Source: Spirochaetia bacterium (lineage in GTDB: Bacteria; Spirochaetota; Spirochaetia; UBA9216). Taken from it: a DNA stretch of 64,000 nucleotides. Positions 56,437 through 64,000 of the stretch are shown here, piece after piece. The stretch is from assembly GCA_963675665.1 (NCBI GenBank), contig OY776510.1, forward strand, positions 704,001 through 768,000, given 5' to 3'. The notes under the pieces were generated by a model, which saw only the letters and a program-made list of their open reading frames with translations, was not told the DNA's origin and made no database searches. Positions within the stretch are counted from its first letter, which is position 1. Every line of letters begins with the position of its first letter. Both the position numbers and the translations under genes were made by a program.

Positions 56437-57816
56437 ATGAAAATAATGAAATTCGGCGGCAGCTCCGTAAAGGATGCTGTTCACATCAGAAACGTCGTAT
56501 CGATAATCAGGGCCGAATCAGAAAAAACACAAACCGCGGTTGTCCTTTCCGCCATGAAAGGAATTACAGACGAACTTATTACCTGCGCGGATCTTGCTGA
56601 AAAGGACGATGAAAAATTCATTAGGGCTGTAGAAGCCATAGCCGAAAAGGAAAAATCTACATTCATTGATCTTGTCGGAAAAGAAAAAGAGAAAGACGCT
56701 TTCAGCAATCTTGAGGGCATGCTCAAAGATCTTTACGAGATTCTTCTCGGGGTGAAGATGGTTAAGGAATGTTCTCCGCGAAGCCTCGATCTTATAGTCA
56801 GCTTCGGTGAAAGAATGAATAATACGGTGGCGGCGGCTTATATGCGAAGCATCGGGATCGATGCGGAATATGTTGATACGCGAAACCTTATTCTGACCGA
56901 CAGTACCTACGGATCAGCCAAGGTTAATTACCGGGAAAGCTATAAACGGATACGGGAACATCTTGAAGGTATAAGGGGCATCCCCATGATAACCGGTTTT
57001 ATCGGGGCCAATGAAGACGGTGTTACAACCACGCTTGGGCGAAACGGATCAGACTTCACCGCATCGATAATTGCAGCCGCCACGGACAGCGAAGTTGTTG
57101 AGATCTGGACCGATGTGGACGGCGTTCTCAGCGCTGATCCGAGAAGCGTAAAAAATGCTTATGTCATTCCGGAAATCAGCTACCAGGAAGCTTCAGAGCT
57201 TTCGTATTTCGGAGCCGAGGTTATTCATCCGTATACCATGGTACCGGCCGTCGATCGAGGTATTCCCATACTGATTAAAAATACCCTGAAGCCGGCCGCT
57301 CCGGGAACAGTAATTGCCCGGGATATAACACCGCATGAGCGCCCAATTACAGGCATTGCCTCGATAAATAACATCTCGCTCATCAACGTTGAAGGAAACG
57401 GAATGATAGGCACTCCCGGTATTGCTTCGAAGGTTTTCGGAGCGCTCGCCGACGCCGGAATCAGTGTTATCATGATTTCTCAGGCATCAAGCGAACACAG
57501 CATCTGTCTTGTTTTCAGATCGGCGCAGGCTGAACGCGCACTTGAGACTCTGAACCGCGAACTTGAAACCGAGCTTAAAACAAAACGTATCGAACGTTTT
57601 GCTATCCGTGACGATTTGGAAATAATATCGGTAATAGGCGATAATATGGTCGGCACTCCCGGTATTGCGGGAAAGATCTTCAGCGCGCTCGGAGATGCCG
57701 GCATCAGCATCCTTGCAATTGCACAGGGTTCAAGCGAACGCAGTATTTCGTTTGTGATTGAAAAGAAATACAGTGAAAAGGCGCTTAATACGGTCCATGA
57801 TGCCTTTCTTTCCTGA
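56437..57816 (+). CDS. lysC: Aspartate kinase, monofunctional, two ACT domains
   Basis: MKFGGSSV, TLGRNGSD, IWTDVDG, two MxGTPGIA ACT repeats. Confidence 0.93.
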   Translation: MKIMKFGGSSVKDAVHIRNVVSIIRAESEKTQTAVVLSAMKGITDELITCADLAEKDDEKFIRAVEAIAEKEKSTFIDLVGKEKEKDAFSNLEGMLKDLYEILLGVKMVKECSPRSLDLIVSFGERMNNTVAAAYMRSIGIDAEYVDTRNLILTDSTYGSAKVNYRESYKRIREHLEGIRGIPMITGFIGANEDGVTTTLGRNGSDFTASIIAAATDSEVVEIWTDVDGVLSADPRSVKNAYVIPEISYQEASELSYFGAEVIHPYTMVPAVDRGIPILIKNTLKPAAPGTVIARDITPHERPITGIASINNISLINVEGNGMIGTPGIASKVFGALADAGISVIMISQASSEHSICLVFRSAQAERALETLNRELETELKTKRIERFAIRDDLEIISVIGDNMVGTPGIAGKIFSALGDAGISILAIAQGSSERSISFVIEKKYSEKALNTVHDAFLS

Positions 57817-57878
57817 GGTCCCTGGTCCTCAGGAAAGAATTTGGTAAGAATCGGACTTTGTCCGATTCTTACCATTTT
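57806..57878 (+). other. Double hairpin overlapping the lysC stop (13-bp and 15-bp perfect stems)
   Basis: TTCTTTCCTGAGG-TCCCTGGT-CCTCAGGAAAGAA then TGGTAAGAATCGGAC-TTT-GTCCGATTCTTACCA followed by TTTT. Confidence 0.75.
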
Positions 57879-57926
57879 AAAACTACTAAATTTTGATACA
57901 GACTGATTTGCGAAGGATAAGGATAT

Positions 57927-59276
57927 ATGAGGTTTTTAAGTACAAGAGATAAAAACAACCGGGTTTCGTTCAAGGAAGCCATATTCAGGGGTCTTGCTCC
58001 GGACGGGGGTCTCTATATGCCGGAACTAATTCCGGATTTAAAGGATCTTATTGATTCATTCACGCCGGAAACTCCCTTTAATACTATTGCCACAGAGATT
58101 ACGCACGCGCTTTTATCGGAAGAGTTCGATAAAAATGCCGCTGAACGTGTTTGCAGCAGGGCTTTCGATTTTACCCCTGAAATTGTTGAAATCGACAGGA
58201 ATATAAGCATCCTTGAACTGTATCACGGCCCGTCATGCGCGTTTAAAGACTTTGGGGCTTCTTTTCTTGCTTCGACGATGGAGGAATTCCTTAAAACCGA
58301 TTCACGCGAAGCTACAATTCTTACCGCTACAAGCGGCGATACAGGCAGCGCTGTGGCCCGCGCTTTTTACGAAAAGAAAAACATCAATGTTATCATTTTA
58401 TATCCGTCAGGACGCGTCAGCCCGCTTCAGGAGAAACAGTTAACCACCCTCGGTAAAAATATACGAGCCCTCGAGGTAAAAGGGTCTTTCGATGACTGTC
58501 AGCGCATGGTTAAGGAAGCCTTTCTGGATCGCGAACTCTCGGAAAAACTGAATCTTACCTCGGCAAATTCGATAAGTCTGGGCCGGCTTATTCCGCAGTC
58601 GTTCTATTACATCTGGGCATGGGCACAGGCTGCCGCCGACCGCGGCAACGAAGGTCGTTCCGGCAAAGGTCGCTCCGACCTCTGGTTCTGCGTACCGAGC
58701 GGTAATTTCGGAAACCTGACAGCAGGAATCATGGCCCACAGCTGGGGTATGGGCAATAAAGGTTTTATTGCCGCGACAAATATAAATGATGTTGTGCCGG
58801 AATACCTTAAAAGCGGGGAATTCAAACCCCGAGCATCAAAACTCACTTTGTCTAACGCCATGGACGTCGGCAACCCGAGCAACTTCGAGCGGATGCTTGA
58901 AATATTCGAGCAGTCTCACGAAAAAATGTCAGATCTGATAAAGGAAGAAGTAATTACCGACGGCGAAACAAGCGATACCATCAGAAACCTGCTTTCAGAC
59001 CTGAAATATGAAAGTGATCCGCATACGGCTGTCGGATACCTTGCGTCAAAGCGGTTCCTGCAAAAAACGTCATCCGGCGCCGTATCTGCAGGCGGGGAGC
59101 CTCGGATAATCAGCCTTTCAACGGCGCACCCCGGAAAATTCACCGAGGTTTTTGAAGAAGCTACGGGAAACAAACCGGAGCTGCCGGAGCGTTTACAGAA
59201 GGTAATGAAACTTGAGAAGGTTTCGACGGTTGTGGGAAATACGCTGGAAGAGATGAAGACCGTTATCGGCGGGTAA
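57927..59276 (+). CDS. thrC: Threonine synthase
   Basis: GLAPDGGLY, ELYHGPS.AFKDFG, ATSGDTG, VPSGNFGN, TAHPGKF. Confidence 0.96.
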   Translation: MRFLSTRDKNNRVSFKEAIFRGLAPDGGLYMPELIPDLKDLIDSFTPETPFNTIATEITHALLSEEFDKNAAERVCSRAFDFTPEIVEIDRNISILELYHGPSCAFKDFGASFLASTMEEFLKTDSREATILTATSGDTGSAVARAFYEKKNINVIILYPSGRVSPLQEKQLTTLGKNIRALEVKGSFDDCQRMVKEAFLDRELSEKLNLTSANSISLGRLIPQSFYYIWAWAQAAADRGNEGRSGKGRSDLWFCVPSGNFGNLTAGIMAHSWGMGNKGFIAATNINDVVPEYLKSGEFKPRASKLTLSNAMDVGNPSNFERMLEIFEQSHEKMSDLIKEEVITDGETSDTIRNLLSDLKYESDPHTAVGYLASKRFLQKTSSGAVSAGGEPRIISLSTAHPGKFTEVFEEATGNKPELPERLQKVMKLEKVSTVVGNTLEEMKTVIGG

Positions 59277-59301
59277 ATACGTTAAGCCTGACCGATAACT
59301 G

Positions 59302-60489
59302 CTAAATTTTAATATTCGGAGCATTATCCCTGGAAATGCACCGAAGCGGAATTTCAGGATATAATGATGTAAACGTTTTATATTTGGACGCTGAAAAATT
59401 CATGTCGCTCCATTTAATCTCATAAGCTTTCTCGCGGCGGATAATAAAATCGACTTCATGCTGTTTGGCGGTACGCCAAAATGCAATATCTTCTTCACGA
59501 TATAAATCCAGAAAAAATCTGAAAACTGTCTGCTCAAGCAGCGCTCCTTTATCAGGGCGGACAGCAAAAGGTGAAAAATCATTATAAAACCTGTTTCGTA
59601 AACCATGATCATTAAAATAGATTTTCGGCATTTTCGTCAGCTCTTTTCTCAAATTCGAAAAAAACGGTTTTACAACGGTTATATGACAGGAAAGCCTCAT
59701 GGTTCTTATATACGAATCAACAGTAAGTCTGTTTATCCCAAGTGTGCCTGCGCATTCATTCGAATTAAACAGACTTCCAATCTGTGTGCTTAAGATTCGC
59801 ATCAGGTATACATATTTATCCGTTTTTGTAACGCCTGCTTCCAATGCATCTTTTTTCACATATGAATCTGCCAGCTCGGTTAAAATATCCTGTTTCTCCT
59901 GTTCATCATCAGTCAGAATTACTTCAGGATACCCTCCATAAACAGCATACTCATCCAGCAGTTCATCAAGTCTGCGCTGAACAGGTATTGAGAACTGCCG
60001 GCCTGTATGGATTGCTTCGGCTTCTTCAAATTCCCGATATACAAGATATTCCCTGAAACTGACGGTATCAAGATTGAACAACCGCTTTCTGCCGGCAAGA
60101 GAATCGGTAAATTTTTCATCAATATAAAAACTTGACGATCCGCTGACAAAAAACCTGACTGAATCAGAATATGTATCATACAGATATTTTAAAAAATTGG
60201 ACGGATTATCAAGATACTGTACTTCATCCAGTAAAAAGTAAAAACGCGGTCCGTTTTTAGCCTGCAACGCAAATTTAAATAAATTCTCGGGATGTTCGTT
60301 ACACAATAAAAGCAATTCGGGATCTTCAAACGAAAGATAAGCATGAGGCAATTTTTCACTTTTCAGCCGGTTGCCGATCAGTTTCATTAATGTAGTTTTC
60401 CCAGTCTGTCTTGCCCCGATAAGCAGACATATTGTCTTTTTGGTCAAAAGATGATTTTCCAATGTCTCGAGAATGTTTCTTTTAATCAT
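59302..60489 (-). CDS. AAA_14 ATPase with C-terminal DUF4143 (PD-(D/E)XK-like) domain
   Basis: GARQTGKTT, LDEVQ, SGSS, YGGYPE, KIYFNDHG, EVDF...YEIK. Confidence 0.88.
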   Translation of the reverse strand: MIKRNILETLENHLLTKKTICLLIGARQTGKTTLMKLIGNRLKSEKLPHAYLSFEDPELLLLCNEHPENLFKFALQAKNGPRFYFLLDEVQYLDNPSNFLKYLYDTYSDSVRFFVSGSSSFYIDEKFTDSLAGRKRLFNLDTVSFREYLVYREFEEAEAIHTGRQFSIPVQRRLDELLDEYAVYGGYPEVILTDDEQEKQDILTELADSYVKKDALEAGVTKTDKYVYLMRILSTQIGSLFNSNECAGTLGINRLTVDSYIRTMRLSCHITVVKPFFSNLRKELTKMPKIYFNDHGLRNRFYNDFSPFAVRPDKGALLEQTVFRFFLDLYREEDIAFWRTAKQHEVDFIIRREKAYEIKWSDMNFSASKYKTFTSLYPEIPLRCISRDNAPNIKI

Positions 60490-60570
60490 AACAACATAAT
60501 ATCAGTATATTTTGTTATTATCAACAACAAAATATACCCTTTTGCTTATAAACCGCACGACATATTACAA

Positions 60571-61689
60571 TCAATCAACATACAGGCGGTACAGCTTTTT
60601 TCCGTCGGAGTCTCTGAAAGGGTTTTTTGTATTTCGGATGAAGGACCGGTAGGCCTTGCAGGCCTCGTAATAGCCTTCGGGGCCCATAAAGGTTGATAGA
60701 AGGTCGCAGCGGTAGACCTCGAGAAGAAGCGGGAAACTGGGGTTTTTCATGGCTTTTTCGGTCCGAAATGTGGGAAGGGTTTTAATTGCGGCGGGAAGCA
60801 TGTGGTTTTCGACAAGAAATCTGATTTTTTTAATTTTATCTTCGGAAAACTCAAGCCTCCGAAGAAAGCGGACTGCGGCGTCTCCGCCTATCTGGGCGTG
60901 GTTGTTAAACCTGTTGCCGTCGACTTCCGTAGAAAACGGTTTTCCAAGATCATGCAGCAGGAGGGCGAGCGAAAGATCAAGATCGTTTGTTTTCCGGTGA
61001 AACAGGGTCTCAAGCGAATGGTCCCAGACATCGCCTTCCGGATGGTATTCCTTGGCCTGATCAATCCCGACAAGCGCGTGCAGTTCGGGCCACAGGGCTT
61101 CGACAACTCCGAAATCGCGCAGCATGGTTAAGCCTGCAGCGGCAAACTCTCCCGACACAACAGCGGAAAGATACAATCTCTGCATAAGAGCCGGCGGCGC
61201 CGGAGCTTCCGGCAGAGGGCCGGATTCAAGCTTTTCCGAAACTGCCTTAAAAACCTTTATCAGGGGCTCCGTCGGTTTAAACCCGAAACAGGACACAAGC
61301 GCCGCCGCCTCGAGAAGGTTCAGAAGGCTGAGATCGGACGGGACAGCCCCCAGCGACAATTCAAGCTCAAGGGCCCTGATTCCGCTGTAACTTCCTGCAG
61401 GATCAAGATATACACCACGCTGACGATCATAATAAAAATTCATCTGCCTTAGCGGGTGCCTCGTCAGTTTATTTATATCATCGACGCAGCTGTAAAAAAC
61501 CTCGGTACCGTCTTTAAAAATTGATGCGTCAACGCCTTCTATTCCCGGATATTTAATATTGTCAAAAGCCTGCGCGATATCGACTACGGATCCTTCCGTC
61601 AGCTCAAATGAGAACCCGGGCAACTGTTTTTTTAAATATTTCGACAGCGAAGCAATACCGTAAAGATAGTTTGGGACTTTCAGACTCAT
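60571..61689 (-). CDS. CCA/poly(A)-polymerase-related HD-domain protein with degenerate nucleotidyltransferase head
   Basis: QAKEYHPEGDVWDH, LLHDLGKP, HAQIG, ENHM; no DxD/RRD motifs visible in the N-terminus. Confidence 0.75.
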   Translation of the reverse strand: MSLKVPNYLYGIASLSKYLKKQLPGFSFELTEGSVVDIAQAFDNIKYPGIEGVDASIFKDGTEVFYSCVDDINKLTRHPLRQMNFYYDRQRGVYLDPAGSYSGIRALELELSLGAVPSDLSLLNLLEAAALVSCFGFKPTEPLIKVFKAVSEKLESGPLPEAPAPPALMQRLYLSAVVSGEFAAAGLTMLRDFGVVEALWPELHALVGIDQAKEYHPEGDVWDHSLETLFHRKTNDLDLSLALLLHDLGKPFSTEVDGNRFNNHAQIGGDAAVRFLRRLEFSEDKIKKIRFLVENHMLPAAIKTLPTFRTEKAMKNPSFPLLLEVYRCDLLSTFMGPEGYYEACKAYRSFIRNTKNPFRDSDGKKLYRLYVD

Positions 61690-61704
61690 AATTCAGTTTT
61701 CAGT

Positions 61705-62316
61705 TTAATATACGCCTGCGGCCTGCGCAACACAGTTAAACATGTCCGATACCTCATTGTCCGTAAAGGCTTCAAGAATCGCTTCCTGCAGAAAAAACGG
61801 CTTGTTGTAATCAAAATATGAATACAGACTGATTAAAGATCTGGACATTCCGTCGTCGGAATCGGGCAGTCTTTCAACATGCCATACCCCCCGATATCCG
61901 TTAAGCGTCTGATCCAGCGACTTTGTAAGCACGCTCTCGAGCGTAAACATGCTTTCGGTGTTCTCAATAAAATTAAGATTTTCAATAAAACTGTATGAAC
62001 GTCCTATGCCGAAAACCTTATAGGAAACCAGTATTCTGCGGCTGATAAGAGCGCTGTTGTTTATTAAAACCCGGCTTTCCTTTACGCTCGGAAAAAGGTC
62101 AGCGGCGCCGTCAAGGTCGGACAGAACATCAACCAGGGTATTAAAATCAGCATCTAGAACAGCCCGGTATTCGGATTCCGAGACAAGGGTCTTTCCTTCC
62201 GGTCCGCGGCCCGATTCTATCCGCCTGCTTACGGATTCCGGCTTTATCCGGCCTTCAGCATAAAGATTTAAACCGAAAACAATGATAATTCCCAGAAATA
62301 TAAAACGTCTGAACAA
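61705..62316 (-). CDS. Exported START/SRPBCC-like protein
   Basis: Signal peptide; LSDLD..ADLFPSVKESRV and GYRGVWHV patterns; GGAG RBS. Confidence 0.55.
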   Translation of the reverse strand: MFRRFIFLGIIIVFGLNLYAEGRIKPESVSRRIESGRGPEGKTLVSESEYRAVLDADFNTLVDVLSDLDGAADLFPSVKESRVLINNSALISRRILVSYKVFGIGRSYSFIENLNFIENTESMFTLESVLTKSLDQTLNGYRGVWHVERLPDSDDGMSRSLISLYSYFDYNKPFFLQEAILEAFTDNEVSDMFNCVAQAAGVY

Positions 62317-62533
62317 GAGATTTCTCCAATGAAATATTTTCGTTGACTTTAAGGGAATGGCGGCATTCTATAGTATTTTTGTAAAGAATGGAAGAGCTCA
62401 GATAAATGAAACTTAAAAACCAGGTATAGAAATACTTTTTCTTGCATATATGAATAATTATGTATAAAAAATAGTTGAATAATATTTCTTTTCCATTTGC
62501 ATAATGACTTTTTAACGTTATTATAGATTAGTT

Positions 62534-64000
62534 ATGAAAAGAATTTGCATAATATTAATATATATTGTCTCATTTTTTTATTATTCCTGTACCCAGTTCA
62601 TTCCTGAAGCGCCTATGGTAACATGTATAACACAATCGAATGACACAACACCAACATGGACCTGGAATATTCCGGCAGGAACGATTGCTTTTCGATACTC
62701 CTTTGATGAAAATGAATCCAACTGGACAGAAGTTGGAATTGAAACAACCAATTTTACAGTCAAAGATTGTTTAATTGATGGAGAATACAGCCTGTACGTA
62801 CAATGCAAAAACATTTTTGACCAGTGGTCATATAGCGGGTTTGATTCAATAACAGTATCCGAGAATAATTTTCTTACATCAATAGAATTTAATGAAACAC
62901 GATGCGGAATTGATTCAGAATCTGCTACAATTTTGTTTCCTTTCTGTGAATTAGACTATGAAGAAATTAATATATCATATAAACCTGATTCTTTAGGTCT
63001 GATTATCGATGGTAATGAAATAAGAGACGGCGACTCTTTCTTTTTAAATGATACAAATATTGATTCTGAAATTATAGTCAGCACGATTGACAGCAAGAAC
63101 AATATTCTTGAATACAGATTATTATTCACAAAACTTCCTGTAGTTCAATTCACTACCGAGAATCTAATAATGGATGCGTCAGATGTGTTTTCAAATTTTA
63201 CTATCTCTTCCTCTTCACTATTCTCCGAGACACATCAAAACCAATCTTTTTCTTCTGATTCTTTTATTCAGATCAGAGGAGCATCTTCACAATATGCGCC
63301 AAAAAAATCATACGCCTTCTGTTTAGCCGATGAAAATAATGTAATCTCCGCATCACTACTTGATATGCAGCCAGATACTAAATGGATTTTAGATGCATTG
63401 TATTATGATCTTTCTAAATGCAGAAATAAGGGATCACTGGATTTATGGTTTTCTTTAACTGATTTTCCTGATATTGATGAGGAAAAGAATAACAATAAAA
63501 TTGAAAGCTGCTATGTTGAACTGTTTTTAAATAATGAATATAAAGGATTATACGTATTAACTCAGCATATTGATGCAGAAATTCTAAAACTTTCTGAAAG
63601 AAACAATGATGATTCTGGTGCATTATATAAAACTATTGCCCATACCGGTGATTACAATCCAACGCAATTTGAGAACTATCGGGAATATGACCCCAATAGT
63701 CTATATTGGGACGGTTTTGAACAATCTTTTCCTGAAAATCCTTACTGGACGCCTATCTATGAATTGGTTAAATTTGTGTCTGATTCGGAAGATAATAATT
63801 TTAAATATGGTATTAAATATAAAATTGATATAGACAATGCAATTAATTATTTATTGTTTACAAATCTCATCCTAGGTATTGATAATCTCAATAAAAACAT
63901 TTTCTATATTAAACCTGATGAAAGTGAAAAACTTTTTTTAGCACCCTGGGACATGGATCGTTCCTGGGGAAGAAATGTCGAGCAAGCGCTTCCGGTTGAT
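62534..64000 (+). CDS. CotH-kinase family lipoprotein, 3' truncated, not in the ORF track
   Basis: MKRICIILIYIVSFFYYSC lipobox; NDTTPTWTW Ig-like module; IRGASSQYAPKKSY, YVELFLNNEYKGLY, APWDMDRSWG (this last motif checked in frame with the ATG). Confidence 0.85.
   Translation, partial: MKRICIILIYIVSFFYYSCTQFIPEAPMVTCITQSNDTTPTWTWNIPAGTIAFRYSFDENESNWTEVGIETTNFTVKDCLIDGEYSLYVQCKNIFDQWSYSGFDSITVSENNFLTSIEFNETRCGIDSESATILFPFCELDYEEINISYKPDSLGLIIDGNEIRDGDSFFLNDTNIDSEIIVSTIDSKNNILEYRLLFTKLPVVQFTTENLIMDASDVFSNFTISSSSLFSETHQNQSFSSDSFIQIRGASSQYAPKKSYAFCLADENNVISASLLDMQPDTKWILDALYYDLSKCRNKGSLDLWFSLTDFPDIDEEKNNNKIESCYVELFLNNEYKGLYVLTQHIDAEILKLSERNNDDSGALYKTIAHTGDYNPTQFENYREYDPNSLYWDGFEQSFPENPYWTPIYELVKFVSDSEDNNFKYGIKYKIDIDNAINYLLFTNLILGIDNLNKNIFYIKPDESEKLFLAPWDMDRSWGRNVEQALPVD

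Noticed and set aside
59302-60489. AAA_14/DUF4143 gene as a defence system or mobile element
   Set aside because: Solitary gene of a widespread family; no partner genes, terminal repeats or target duplications seen
62573-62579. T7 tract in the CotH signal peptide as a phase-variation site
   Set aside because: Short run, unremarkable in AT-rich DNA; frame is intact

Overview
Gene-dense bacterial chromosome segment, most consistent with a free-living spirochaete (inference from the STAS-Zn-ribbon, DUF2259, PilZ, FapA/FlhG-like and Cys->Asp MurA content). About 60 CDSs. They include a chemotaxis operon (STAS-cheA-cheR-cheB), two ECF sigma/anti-sigma units, trxB, thyA-DGC-folA, ktrBA, an ABC exporter pair, a Fur-NifX-Mrp unit with a near-perfect Fur box, an RpoS-like sigma factor, lgt, ctpA-rsmE, murA and lysC-thrC, plus a truncated AT-rich CotH-kinase lipoprotein gene at the right end that is absent from the ORF track. 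I found no rRNA, tRNA, CRISPR array or transposase. Main candidates for novelty: (1) a four-gene module at 20.6-25.5 kb (atypical enolase-superfamily enzyme, divergent PP-loop ATPase, V4R/H-NOX-like-GAF-HD-GYP sensor, acyltransferase) that looks like a small-molecule or lipid signal synthesis plus c-di-GMP sensing system; (2) a bistable, SD-sequestering leader in front of that acyltransferase; (3) a dispersed three-hairpin intergenic element (three copies plus one possible relative) with covarying stems and CsrA-type CAUGGANG loops on the antisense strand, running from the upstream stop codon to the downstream RBS; (4) a CheA with tandem MshEN-like motifs; (5) an HTH-less sigma54 activator and a consensus sigma54 promoter. 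All calls are by eye, without database searches.
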